From contig JBFFBT010000001.1 of assembly GCA_041560255.1 (NCBI GenBank), forward strand, positions 157 to 64,156: a DNA stretch of 64,000 bases, in the 5' to 3' direction. Below, piece by piece: positions 10,117-19,596 of the stretch (its first letter is position 1; each line of letters starts with the position of its first letter). The position numbers and the translations under genes were made by a program. Under the pieces are notes generated by a model that saw nothing but the letters and a program-made list of their open reading frames with translations, was not told the DNA's origin and did not search any database. This DNA is from Myxococcota bacterium. GTDB lineage: Bacteria; Myxococcota; B64-G9.

Positions 10117-11061
10117 TTATATTTCCAGGCAACCTTTCCAGCGCGAGGCCTGCAGGTGAAGCTCCTCGACAAATGCTGCAGTGGCCCGATTGGTTTCAAA
10201 TTGTTTCCATGTAACCAAAGCGATACGGCGAAACAGCGGCGGACCCACTTCGATGCGTGCAAGCCGGCCGAGCGGTTTGTTTTCCTTCCCACAGGCCACA
10301 TCTGGGCTGGTTACCATGTCGGGTAAAAAGGCGACTCCCAGGCCTACCTGCACCATTTTCTTTACCGTCTCTACATTATCGGTCGAGACGACCGGCTCTA
10401 CGCTCACGCCCATCCGGGCCAAATGCTCTTGGATCAGCTTACCGGTCGGATTCTCGGAGGACAGGGATACAAACTGCAGTCCCTTGAGCTCGCTGGGTCG
10501 GATTCGCTGGCGGCTGAAAAAAGGATGTGATCTTCCGCAGACCAAAGAGACTTTTTCCTCGATGATGTTTTCCTGGCGCAATCTACGGTCCGAGCGCGGA
10601 TTGGCCACCAATGCCATATCGATCCGATCCGAAAGCAGCGCATCGATGATCTCGTTCGAATGACGGTACAAAACCATGGGCCGAATGTCTGTGAACCTTT
10701 CGCGCATGCTCCATAGTATTTGGGGTAAGAAATAGATGCCCACGCTGTTGACGGTACCTATACGGATTTCTCCAGTGACACCGTCGGTCATCTCTTCGAC
10801 CGATCTTCGGGCCTTACGCACCATTTCCATGATATCGCGTGCGTATTGCGCCAATACCCGGCCGGACGAGGTCGCGCTCACTCCACTGGGCCTACGGTTG
10901 AGAAGACAGGTACCCAACTCTTCTTCAAGTTGTTTGATTTGATAGGAAAGCGCCGGTTGGGTTATTCGCAGTCGGGTGGTGGCCCGGTTGAAACCACCCT
11001 CTTCGACTACCGCTAAAAAACAACGTAATTGATGTAATTCCACGTGTCCGTCCTTGTTCAT
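10117..11061 (-). CDS. LysR-family transcriptional regulator
   Basis: N-terminal HTH VELHQLRCFLAVVEEGGFNRATTRLRITQPALSYQIKQLEEELG, followed by a LysR substrate-binding domain. The start is likely the ATG at 11061 (MNKDGH...). ATG 11103 and TTG 11106 are alternatives. Confidence 0.8.
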   Translation of the reverse strand: MNKDGHVELHQLRCFLAVVEEGGFNRATTRLRITQPALSYQIKQLEEELGTCLLNRRPSGVSATSSGRVLAQYARDIMEMVRKARRSVEEMTDGVTGEIRIGTVNSVGIYFLPQILWSMRERFTDIRPMVLYRHSNEIIDALLSDRIDMALVANPRSDRRLRQENIIEEKVSLVCGRSHPFFSRQRIRPSELKGLQFVSLSSENPTGKLIQEHLARMGVSVEPVVSTDNVETVKKMVQVGLGVAFLPDMVTSPDVACGKENKPLGRLARIEVGPPLFRRIALVTWKQFETNRATAAFVEELHLQASRWKGCLEI

Positions 11062-11495
11062 GCATCCGGTTTCGTATACCGGCGGATTAAATCGGTCGCT
11101 CATCAAAGTTATCTATAAGGAGCCACCAAAATAGTTTATACATAACTGCCATAATTTAATGAGTTGTCAAGGAATTTCGGAATCAATTGTAAAAAAGACG
11201 TCTTTTTTTTAAAATATATTTAAATGTTTTTCATTAATATAATTACGACAGAACGGCATTTTTATGAATTCATGAATGTTCTTTCCCCTCGATCTGTGCT
11301 CTTTCGGGACATATCAATTTGGTTTATCCCTATGATATAAATTTTATCTTTGACATCGACCTCTTTAAATGGAATAGATTTGTGCTCACAGCGAGGCCCG
11401 TATATTTGAATTATAAAAAGTGCTTATTTATCAAAGAGTTGCAGTAAACCTTGTTTGTGAAGTCTCATCAAATTGCAGCGGCGAAAGGAGCTATC
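11062..11495. promoter_or_regulatory. AT-rich divergent promoter region between LysR gene and dsrA
   Basis: About 430 bp of low-GC non-coding sequence (runs of A/T, TTTAAATGTTTTTCATTAATATAATTA) lies between divergent genes. It is the expected location of the dsrABD promoter and of LysR autoregulation sites. Confidence 0.5.
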
Positions 11496-12677
11496 ATGGT
11501 CAAGTTGAGAGAAACACCCAAAGTGGATGAATTGCTAAAAGGTCCATGGCCGAGCTTCGTGAAGGAGATTAAAAAAAGTGCGGTATCGAAACCAGCTGCG
11601 AACGATTTGCTCGGCGTGCTGGAACGCTCCTACACTGAAAGAATCGGCCACTGGAAACACGGCGGTATCGTGGGGGTCATGGGATATGGCGGAGGAGTTA
11701 TCGGGCGGTACAACGATCTCCCCGAAGAGTTCCCGGACGTAGCCCATTTTCATACCATCCGAGTCAATCAACCCGCCGGTTGGTTCTACACTTCCGATAC
11801 CATCCGCAAAGTATGCGATATTTGGGATAAGTATGGTTCGGGCATCACCAATATGCATGGATCCACCGGAGATATGGTGCTTTTGGGATGCAATACGGAT
11901 GCCTTGGAGCCGATCTTTTCGGAGCTGACCGCCATCGGATACGACTTGGGCGGATCGGGTTCGGACTTGCGGACCCCCAGCTGTTGCTGTGGCGAGGCCA
12001 GATGCGAGTGGGCATGTTATGACACCATGGCGCTGACCCACGAATTGACGATGCATTTTCAGGATGAGCTCCACCGGCCGGCTTTTCCGTATAAATACAA
12101 AATCAAATCCGCAGGTTGTCCCAACGACTGTGTGGCCTCCATTGCGCGGGCGGATATGTCGATTATCGGAACCTGGCGTGACGGCATCCAGATGGACCAA
12201 GCGGAAGTCGCGAAATACGCATCGGCCGGCGCGTTTGACATGCAGAAGGATGTTGTCGATCGTTGCCCGACCAAGTGCATGAGCTGGGACGGTAAAAAGC
12301 TTGCCATTGACAACGAGAATTGTGTCAAATGTATGCATTGTATCAATGTCATGCCCAAGGCGCTCGCTCCCGGAAAAGACCGCGGTGCAGCGATCCTCAT
12401 CGGAGCCAAGGCTCCCATCATCGGTGGTGCTTTGTTGTCTTCGGTCGTCGTGCCGTTTTTGAAGATCGAAGAGCCTTATGAGGATGTCAAGGAGCTGTGT
12501 GAGGCCATCTGGGATCTTTGGGGTGAGCACGGTAAAAATCGTGAGCGTGTGGGTGAGTTTATTCAGCGCATCGGCATGGGGAACTTCCTCGAGCAAATCG
12601 GCCTGGAGCCGATTCCCGAGATGGTTGTGCATCCTCGCACCAATCCATATATTTTCTTTGAACTCGGAGAGGAATAA
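11496..12677 (+). CDS. dsrA: dissimilatory sulfite reductase alpha subunit
   Basis: [22 protein letters not shown], siroheme/FeS Cys motifs ([20 protein letters not shown]), and the ferredoxin insert [12 protein letters not shown]. Strong SD AAAGGAGCTATC before the ATG at 11496. Confidence 0.92.
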   Translation: MVKLRETPKVDELLKGPWPSFVKEIKKSAVSKPAANDLLGVLERSYTERIGHWKHGGIVGVMGYGGGVIGRYNDLPEEFPDVAHFHTIRVNQPAGWFYTSDTIRKVCDIWDKYGSGITNMHGSTGDMVLLGCNTDALEPIFSELTAIGYDLGGSGSDLRTPSCCCGEARCEWACYDTMALTHELTMHFQDELHRPAFPYKYKIKSAGCPNDCVASIARADMSIIGTWRDGIQMDQAEVAKYASAGAFDMQKDVVDRCPTKCMSWDGKKLAIDNENCVKCMHCINVMPKALAPGKDRGAAILIGAKAPIIGGALLSSVVVPFLKIEEPYEDVKELCEAIWDLWGEHGKNRERVGEFIQRIGMGNFLEQIGLEPIPEMVVHPRTNPYIFFELGEE

Positions 12678-12725
12678 CAGAATCGTCATTGAGTAAAACG
12701 ACTCGAATAAACGGAGGATATTCAC

Positions 12726-13808
12726 ATGCCAGTCGCGAAAGACAGAAAAACCGATATCGGCCCCCCTCATTATGAAAATTTCTTGCCGCCGGTCATTAAA
12801 AAGAATTACGGCAAGTGGAAGTACCACGAGATTGTCAAGCCCGGCGTGTTGATGCATGTCGGTGAGTCGGGTGACAAGCTTTGGTCCGTAAGGGCCGCTA
12901 CCCCCAGGCTTGCCAGCATTGAAACCCTGCGTCTTTTTGCGGACATCGCAGATGAGTTTGCAGACGGCTACATGCGCTGGACCAGCCGCAACAATATTGA
13001 GTTTTTGATCTCTGACGGGTCCAAGGTCGATCCGTGTATCGCCAAGCTGAAAAAAGAAGGTTATCCGGTCGGTGGAATCGGTCCGTCCATTACCAACATC
13101 GTGCATACCCAAGGATGGGTTCATTGTCACTCGGCCGCCACCGATGCTTCCGGTGTGGTCAAGGCCATCATGGATGACTTGTTCCCCTATTTCGAGGACA
13201 TGAAACTCCCTGGAAAGCTCCGGATCGCTTTTGCCTGTTGTCTGAATATGTGCGGTGCGGTGCATTGTTCGGACATCGCGGTATTGGGCGTACATCGAAG
13301 GGCTCCCGATATCAAACATGATCTCATGGCGAAGCAGTGCGAGATTCCTTCTACTGTCGCTGCATGTCCGACCGGCGCGATCCGGCCCAAGACAATAGAC
13401 GGGCATCAATCCGTCGAGGTTATTCAAGAGCAGTGCATGTATTGCGCCAACTGCTATACCGTATGTCCGGCCATGACCCTCAACGATCCCAATACGGACG
13501 GAATATCGATTTGGGTGGGTGGCAAGGTCAGCCAGGCACGTCACGAGCCCATGTTCTCCAAGTTGGCTATTCCTTTTATCCCCAACAATCCTCCCCGCTG
13601 GCCCGAAGTGGTCACGGCGGTCAAGAAGATTGTCGAAGTGTATGCCGCCAACGCGCGCCCATTCGAGCGCATGGGTGAATGGATCGAGCGGGTAGGTTGG
13701 CCGAAGTTCTTCGAGCTGACCGATATTCCGTTTACAAAGTATCATATTGATGACTTCACGCATGCAGGAGAGACGTTCAAACGTTCCATCCATTTCCGGC
13801 AGCGGTAG
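12726..13808 (+). CDS. dsrB: dissimilatory sulfite reductase beta subunit
   Basis: [57 protein letters not shown] align closely with DsrB. Confidence 0.92.
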   Translation: MPVAKDRKTDIGPPHYENFLPPVIKKNYGKWKYHEIVKPGVLMHVGESGDKLWSVRAATPRLASIETLRLFADIADEFADGYMRWTSRNNIEFLISDGSKVDPCIAKLKKEGYPVGGIGPSITNIVHTQGWVHCHSAATDASGVVKAIMDDLFPYFEDMKLPGKLRIAFACCLNMCGAVHCSDIAVLGVHRRAPDIKHDLMAKQCEIPSTVAACPTGAIRPKTIDGHQSVEVIQEQCMYCANCYTVCPAMTLNDPNTDGISIWVGGKVSQARHEPMFSKLAIPFIPNNPPRWPEVVTAVKKIVEVYAANARPFERMGEWIERVGWPKFFELTDIPFTKYHIDDFTHAGETFKRSIHFRQR

Positions 13809-13817
13809 GAGAAGGTT

Positions 13818-14051
13818 ATGGAAAGTGTCGAAAAAGTAGCCGAAGCGATGTACCAGATGGTCAAGGAATATCATGGCAAGAAAAACCTCAAGGCTCTCGA
13901 CCTCACCAAAGCCATGATCGAGAAATACGGAGAGGACAACTGCGATAAAAAGTTGTGTAAGCAGGCCATCCGGCAGTTGATCGATTCCGGGCGTTGTACG
14001 TATTCGTATGTTGGTGGAAGCTATATCGTTCTTCCGCCGGACAGCAAGTAA
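13818..14051 (+). CDS. dsrD: DsrD (small winged-helix protein of reductive dsr operons)
   Basis: 77 aa, sited immediately after dsrB. Carries the conserved C-terminal YSY..GG motif (CTYSYVGGSYIVLPP). Confidence 0.85.
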   Translation: MESVEKVAEAMYQMVKEYHGKKNLKALDLTKAMIEKYGEDNCDKKLCKQAIRQLIDSGRCTYSYVGGSYIVLPPDSK

Positions 14052-14064
14052 CGACATAAGTCAT

Positions 14065-14106
14065 CCCGGGGAGGATTACATTTCGAAGATTGTACTCCTC
14101 CCCGGG
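14065..14106 (+). terminator. GC-rich hairpin downstream of dsrD (candidate intra-operon attenuator/terminator)
   Basis: Perfect 11-bp inverted repeat cccggggagga ... tcctccccggg with a 20-nt loop, 14 nt after the dsrD stop. No clear U-tract. Confidence 0.4.
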
Positions 14107-14228
14107 AATTATCATGTAAGAAAAGAACGCGCCGATCTTTTACTCCGGATGGGAGTGGACGGGCTTATCATAAATATAATAATTCGTTTGATGTATGTGA
14201 AGCATTTGGCCGCGAAAGGTGGATTAGC

Positions 14229-15911
14229 ATGGCGCTACTGAAAAAAAAGGCAAGTAAACCTCTAGTGGTAAGAGGGACCGGAGGAGGGGGTGGATCGGTA
14301 TCTTCTCTCCGACCCAACCAGGTCATGAAGGCGGTTCCTTGTGTAACAAACTGTCCCAGCGGCAATCAGATTCGATTGTGGGTCGGTACGATCGCCCAAA
14401 GGGACAAAGCCGGGCTCGGCGAGGAAGAAGCCTACCAGCGTGCCTGGCAGATATTGGTCTCGACCAACCCATTCCCGGCAGTCATGGGCCGGGTGTGCCC
14501 CCATCCGTGTGAGCCGAATTGCAACCGGGAAGCCAAAGACGGGGCCGTAGCCATCAATGCGGTTGAGCGTTTCATCGGGGATTGGGCCATCGAAAAAAAG
14601 CTGTCTTTGAGCAAGCTGCCCGATGTCGAGCCGAAATCCGACTCCATCGGAGTGATCGGGGCAGGACCCGCGGGGCTTTCTTTCGCGTATCAGATGGCGC
14701 GGCGGGGTTATCCGGTTACAGTGTATGAAAAAACCAGCAAGGCCGGCGGAATGTTGTTGTGGGGTATCCCGTTCTACCGCCTGCCGGAAGCTGTGTTGGA
14801 GGCCGAAATTCGGCGTATCCTCGACCTGGGCGTGGAGCTGAAACTGAACACGACGGTGGGCAAGGATATCAAAGTTGCCGATCTCAAAGCCAAGCATAAG
14901 CTGCTTTTCCTCGGGATTGGCGCCGACAAGGGTAGACTCATGCGCATTCCGGGTGAGGAAGGCGGCAATGTATGGACCGGCACGGATTATCTTTTCAGGG
15001 TCAACAACGGCGAAAAGGTGGATGTGGGCAAGCAGGTAGTGGTTATCGGAGGAGGCGACACGGCCATTGACGCCGCGCGCGCGGCTCGCAGAGCCGGGGC
15101 CGAGGTGACCATACTCTATCGTCGTACCCGGGATGAAATGCCCGCCATCGACAGTGAGATCGAAGACGCACTAAAAGAAAAAGTGAAAATCGAGTACCTG
15201 GCGGCTCCCTTGGAAGTGAAACGCTCGGACGGTAAGGTCGCGGCTCTGGTGGTGCAGAAAATGGAGCTCGGAGAACCGGATTCGTCCGGTAGGCGCAGGC
15301 CTGTACCGATTGAAGGCTCCACCTACGAGGTGGCTGCCGATACGATCGTTGCGGCGATTTCACAGGAGCCGAATTGGGATCCGTTGGAAGGTTTACGGCC
15401 CGATGAAAAGTGGCTCAAGGCGGATAAGCATGGCAAGGTGCGTGATGGTTTGTATACGGGTGGAGATGCGTTGACCCTGGGTCTTGCGACCATCGCGATC
15501 GGTCAGGGCAGAGCCGCCGCCGAGGCTGCGCACGCCGAATTGCAAGGTCAGCAGCCGTCGCGCAAGCCCGAGCTTCCGGTCATTACCAAAGATAAGATGC
15601 GTTTGGATCTTTATGATCCCAAAGAGAGAACCAAAAGAGCACACCGGCCGGCCGAGGAGTGGCTTTCCAAACCCAATGACGAAATCGATTTGGGTATCGA
15701 CAACCAGCAGTTTTTGGAAGAAGTCGGGCGTTGTTTCTCTTGCGGCCTGTGTTTTGGGTGTGAACGTTGTTGGATGTTTTGCACGCCGTCCTGTTTCAAA
15801 AAAGTGGATGGCGCGGGTCCGGGAAATTATTACACCATCAAGTTGGATACCTGTGATGGATGTAAAAAGTGCGCGGACGAATGTCCCTGCGGTTTTTTAG
15901 AAATGGTGTAA
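14229..15911 (+). CDS. dsrL: DsrL-like NAD(P)H:acceptor oxidoreductase (GltD-family iron-sulfur flavoprotein with C-terminal 2x[4Fe-4S] ferredoxin domain)
   Basis: N-terminal GltD-type Cys clusters (CVTNCPSGN, CPHPCEPNC), FAD motif VIGAGPAGLSFAY, NAD(P) motif VVVIGGGDTAIDAAR, and a C-terminal CFSCGLCFGCERC ... CDGCKKCADECPC. This domain order matches DsrL and not NfnB/SudA. Good SD. Confidence 0.6.
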   Translation: MALLKKKASKPLVVRGTGGGGGSVSSLRPNQVMKAVPCVTNCPSGNQIRLWVGTIAQRDKAGLGEEEAYQRAWQILVSTNPFPAVMGRVCPHPCEPNCNREAKDGAVAINAVERFIGDWAIEKKLSLSKLPDVEPKSDSIGVIGAGPAGLSFAYQMARRGYPVTVYEKTSKAGGMLLWGIPFYRLPEAVLEAEIRRILDLGVELKLNTTVGKDIKVADLKAKHKLLFLGIGADKGRLMRIPGEEGGNVWTGTDYLFRVNNGEKVDVGKQVVVIGGGDTAIDAARAARRAGAEVTILYRRTRDEMPAIDSEIEDALKEKVKIEYLAAPLEVKRSDGKVAALVVQKMELGEPDSSGRRRPVPIEGSTYEVAADTIVAAISQEPNWDPLEGLRPDEKWLKADKHGKVRDGLYTGGDALTLGLATIAIGQGRAAAEAAHAELQGQQPSRKPELPVITKDKMRLDLYDPKERTKRAHRPAEEWLSKPNDEIDLGIDNQQFLEEVGRCFSCGLCFGCERCWMFCTPSCFKKVDGAGPGNYYTIKLDTCDGCKKCADECPCGFLEMV

Positions 15912-15923
15912 CCATCGGCTTTT

Positions 15924-18020
15924 TTGGGATTGGCGGGCGCATTGCCTAGAGTGGTCATTGCTGCTCTTGCCGGAGACGCCGGCAAGACGTTGGTTAGCCT
16001 GGGTTTGGTGCGGGCTTGGCACAACCGGGGTCAAAAGGTGGCTCCCTATAAGAAGGGACCGGACTATATTGACGCAGCCTGGTTGGGGTCGGCCGCCCAA
16101 TGCCCGGCGTATAACTTGGACAGTTTCATGATGTCCGAGCAAGCCATCTTGGGTTCACTTCAAAGAGCGGAAAAAAAAGCCGCCATTACCGTCATAGAAG
16201 GTAATCGGGGCTTGTTCGATGGGCTGGATGCACAAGGATCGCATTCTACTGCTCAGTTGGCCAAGTTGACCAAAACGCCGCTCGTATTGGTTGTCAATGC
16301 CGCCAAATCCACTCGTACGATTGCCGCATTGGCATTGGGATGCAAATCCATGGATCCCGAGCTTGACATCGCAGGCGTCATCATCAACAACTTGGCGACC
16401 AGGAGACAAGAAGAGATCATTCGGACAAGTTTGCGGGATGCAACCGGCCTGGAAGTGGTCGGATGCATTCCCAAGCTCACGGATCAAAGGCTCTGGAGCC
16501 GCCATTTGGGACTGCTGACCCATTCGGAGCATCCTACTTCGGTTGAAGTACTCGAGCGGTTGGCCGGGATTGCCGAACGCTACTTGGATTTGTCTCAGAT
16601 CCTCAAAGTCGCCCAGGCGGCTCCCGCGCTGTCCGGTATGAATACGCACATGCAGGACGAGCCTACCCAAAGGGATAGCGCTCATGCAGATACGAGTGGG
16701 CTCAAAAGGGTTCGCATCGCGGTGTTGAAGGATCCGGCTTTTTCTTTTTATTATCCTGAAAACCTCGAACAACTCGGCAAACAGGGCGCCGAGCTGGTGT
16801 ATACATCGCCGCTTTCCGACAAGGGATTTCCGGATGTACATGCCGTGTATGCGGGTGGTGGTTTTCCGGAAGTGTATGCCGCAGCCCTTTCGGCCAACCG
16901 GACGTACCGAACCGATCTGAGCGATAGAATCCGCCAGGGGCTGCCTGTATGGGCAGAGTGCGGTGGGTTGATGTACTTGTCCAAATCGTTGGTGGATGCG
17001 GGGGTTGTCTTTCCCATGGTAGGGGCTCTGGGTGTGGTCTGCGAGCAGACGCCCAAACCCAAAGGTCACGGATATGTCAAGCTTCGGGTCGATGGAGAGA
17101 ATCCGTTTTTCCCTGCCGGAACCGAGGTGAAAGGCCACGAGTTTCACTATTCGTTCATACGGGATGGACTCGAAAAAGCCGATACGGCGTTTTTGGTCGA
17201 ACGGGGAGTCGGCTTGGGAAACGGCCGGGATGGTATCGTTGCCGGTAATGTGTTGGCCACCTATACCCATGTTCACGCGCTGGGATTGCCCGAGTGGAGC
17301 CGGGCTCTGGTGGACGCGGCCGAAGGCCGGGGCTGCCTCGAGCAATTCGTAAAGGCGGCATCCGGATCGGCCTTTGGGAAGAGACGCTCCGTGCCCCGGG
17401 CAACCGGACTTACCGAGCATCGCCTCGAGAGGCTGCGAAGCAGTATGGCTCAGAGCGCGGACTTGATTGCCAAGTCCGAAAGAGTACGGTTCCCCTACAC
17501 GGGACCGAAGCTCATTGCGCCGGACGAGGAAGGCGGACCGAGAAATCTGCGCGAGCGAATCGAACGTTTGGTGGAAAAGAATGACGTGGATGGTTTGCGT
17601 GGATTGGTGGCCCGGCAAGCTCGGGCGGTTCGGTATCTGGTGGGGTTTTCATATCAGCGGGATGACGACAAAAGAAAAACAGCGGTCGAGGCGATTGCTC
17701 TGGCCGGCGGTTACCATCCCGATCTGGTGAAAAATATCATCCGCCGTTTGGTATGGGCTATGAACGACGAATCCGGCACCAACGCGCAGACGGCGCCGCA
17801 AGTGCTTCGGGCGGTGTCCGAGAAACATCCTGAGCTTTTGTTGCCGATGGTTCCAGATTTGGTGAGATTATGTGACGACGACAATCTGCGGCCGGGACTT
17901 TTATCTACATTAAAAAACATACAAGACAGTTTCCCCGGCCGGGTTGACGATCAAGTTGGAAATGTGTTGAATCATGATGTGCCAAAAGGAGTGAGCCGTG
18001 AAGCCGGCGATCAAATATAG
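15924..18020 (+). CDS. dsrN: cobyrinic acid a,c-diamide synthase-like siroheme amidase (DsrN) with about 230-aa C-terminal extension of unknown function
   Basis: The CbiA/CobB N-terminal P-loop region (IAALAGDAGKTLVSLGL) and the glutamine amidotransferase domain occupy about residues 1-460. A further roughly 230 aa follow with no recognised family. The start is ambiguous (TTG 15924 or GTG 15951). Confidence 0.7.
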   Translation: MGLAGALPRVVIAALAGDAGKTLVSLGLVRAWHNRGQKVAPYKKGPDYIDAAWLGSAAQCPAYNLDSFMMSEQAILGSLQRAEKKAAITVIEGNRGLFDGLDAQGSHSTAQLAKLTKTPLVLVVNAAKSTRTIAALALGCKSMDPELDIAGVIINNLATRRQEEIIRTSLRDATGLEVVGCIPKLTDQRLWSRHLGLLTHSEHPTSVEVLERLAGIAERYLDLSQILKVAQAAPALSGMNTHMQDEPTQRDSAHADTSGLKRVRIAVLKDPAFSFYYPENLEQLGKQGAELVYTSPLSDKGFPDVHAVYAGGGFPEVYAAALSANRTYRTDLSDRIRQGLPVWAECGGLMYLSKSLVDAGVVFPMVGALGVVCEQTPKPKGHGYVKLRVDGENPFFPAGTEVKGHEFHYSFIRDGLEKADTAFLVERGVGLGNGRDGIVAGNVLATYTHVHALGLPEWSRALVDAAEGRGCLEQFVKAASGSAFGKRRSVPRATGLTEHRLERLRSSMAQSADLIAKSERVRFPYTGPKLIAPDEEGGPRNLRERIERLVEKNDVDGLRGLVARQARAVRYLVGFSYQRDDDKRKTAVEAIALAGGYHPDLVKNIIRRLVWAMNDESGTNAQTAPQVLRAVSEKHPELLLPMVPDLVRLCDDDNLRPGLLSTLKNIQDSFPGRVDDQVGNVLNHDVPKGVSREAGDQI

Positions 18021-18564
18021 TCCTGAAAAAATCAAAGAATTACGCGGTAAAGTAGACGCCGAACCAAATTCGGTCGATGCGCACAACCACCTGGGCCTGG
18101 CTCTCTATCGAAACGGAGCTCTCAAAGAAGCCGCCAAGCTTCTCAGGCGGGCGGTGGAGTTGGACGCGGATTGCGCGGAGGCCTGGGTCAATCTGGGTGG
18201 TATCTTATTGTCTGCCTGGGATTTTCAGGGCTGTGTCGACGCCAATGCCAAAGCCGCCGATCTTCGGCCCGATCTGATGCAGGCGCATTATAACCGGGGG
18301 CTTGGATATATGTACTTGGGTGATGCGGGCAATATGGTTACATGCTTCGAACGGGTGCTTGATCTCGATCCCAAAAACCCTGGTGGTCATTATCATTTAG
18401 CGGTAGCTTTACTTGCGGTCGGCGACTGCGCTTCGGCTCGTGAAAGCCTTGATCGTGCCATGCAGCTGGGTTTCAACCCCGAGCCCGATTTTATCAAAGC
18501 GTTGGAGAAGCATAAAAACAGACAAGATGGTTCAGCGACCATCCCAACAACACACCAATCTTAA
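17998..18564 (+). CDS. TPR-repeat protein
   Basis: TPR-like helical repeats (AHNHLGLALYRNGALKEAAKLLRRAVELD ... AHYNRGLGYMYLGD). GTG start with a good SD. Overlaps the dsrN end by 23 nt. Confidence 0.6.
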   Translation: MKPAIKYSPEKIKELRGKVDAEPNSVDAHNHLGLALYRNGALKEAAKLLRRAVELDADCAEAWVNLGGILLSAWDFQGCVDANAKAADLRPDLMQAHYNRGLGYMYLGDAGNMVTCFERVLDLDPKNPGGHYHLAVALLAVGDCASARESLDRAMQLGFNPEPDFIKALEKHKNRQDGSATIPTTHQS

Positions 18565-18578
18565 GAGGAGGAAGTACT

Positions 18579-18896
18579 ATGGCGCATATAGACGTTGAGG
18601 GTGTACAGATTGAAATCGACGAGGACGGATTCATTCAAGAGCCGGATAAATGGAATCAGGGTGTTGCGGCGGCTTTGGGAAAGGGCGAAGGCGTCGATAA
18701 CTTGACCGACGACCATTGGAAAGTGGTAAATTTCCTTCGCGAGTATTATCTTGAGTTCGGTGTGGCTCCCATGATCCGGAAACTATGCAAATCCACCGGA
18801 TTTAAGCTCAATCAGATTTACGAGCTGTTTCCTTCCGGCCCTGCCAAAGGCGCCTGCAAAGTGGCAGGTTTGCCCAAGCCGACCGGTTGCGTATAA
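18579..18896 (+). CDS. dsrC: DsrC (TusE-like sulfur carrier / sulfite reductase gamma subunit)
   Basis: 105 aa. C-terminal arm ...CKVAGLPKPTGCV carries the two conserved Cys of DsrC. Strong SD AAGAGGAGGAAG. Confidence 0.9.
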   Translation: MAHIDVEGVQIEIDEDGFIQEPDKWNQGVAAALGKGEGVDNLTDDHWKVVNFLREYYLEFGVAPMIRKLCKSTGFKLNQIYELFPSGPAKGACKVAGLPKPTGCV

Positions 18897-19017
18897 CGGC
18901 GATTGGCTTGATCCGGGACGGGATCCAATCCAATACGGGTTTTCATGGGTATAGCCCGATGGAGTATTGATCCAAAGCCGCGGTGTCTTTCGGTTTTTGA
19001 CCGAAAAGGAGCGTGGT

Positions 19018-19575
19018 GTGAGCGGTACAATGGAGTATCGAAAGATCCTAATCGAAAAAAAATCCGCCATCCTCGAACGCTGGCGGAAACTTCTGCTGGA
19101 TACCTATTCTCCCGATGCAGCTTCGTTTTATGGAAGCGTCAAGGACAGATTTGCGAATCCGGTCGGAAGTGTTTTTTCTGATGCTACACAGAAACTGTTC
19201 GACCTGTTGTTGAATGAATCGGATCCCGAGCGGATTTGCGCTTGTCTCGAAGAAATGATCAAGATAAGAGCTGTTCAGGATTTTTCACCTTCCCGGGCGG
19301 TTGGTTTCGTCATTCTGCTCAAGCAGGCCGTTTTGGACGTACTGAACGAGCAGAACAAAGAAGTTGATGTTTTGCATCAATTCATCAAGTTTGGGGCCCT
19401 GATCGATCAAGTGAGCTTATTTGCCTTCGATATATATGTAAGCTGCAGAGAGCGAGTGTACCAGCTGAGGGTGAATGAAGTAAAGAGGAGGGTCTCGAGG
19501 GTCTTGAACTGGACGGAATCAACCGATCCGGGAGGTGATCCGGATCCGAAGCGGGATTGTCTCGAGTCGCAATAA
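19018..19575 (+). CDS. hypothetical protein immediately upstream of dsrM (DsrT-position protein)
   Basis: About 185-aa helical protein with no family recognised by eye. A gene at this position (dsrT) precedes dsrMKJOP in many organisms. The start is ambiguous: GTG 19018 has an SD, with ATG 18967 and ATG 19030 as alternatives. Confidence 0.45.
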   Translation: MSGTMEYRKILIEKKSAILERWRKLLLDTYSPDAASFYGSVKDRFANPVGSVFSDATQKLFDLLLNESDPERICACLEEMIKIRAVQDFSPSRAVGFVILLKQAVLDVLNEQNKEVDVLHQFIKFGALIDQVSLFAFDIYVSCRERVYQLRVNEVKRRVSRVLNWTESTDPGGDPDPKRDCLESQ

Positions 19576-19596
19576 CGATCAGCGAGGTTAGGTCAT

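Noticed and set aside
11535-14057. 840-aa minus-strand ORF spanning dsrA-dsrB-dsrD
   Set aside because: It crosses three independently supported genes and their intergenic gaps, and has no motifs; antisense artefact.
16155-17618. 487-aa minus-strand ORF antisense to dsrN, and similar long antisense ORFs at 25833..26711, 28160..29128, 5095..5637
   Set aside because: These are opposite confidently assigned genes, with Arg/Gly/Pro-rich low-complexity translations.
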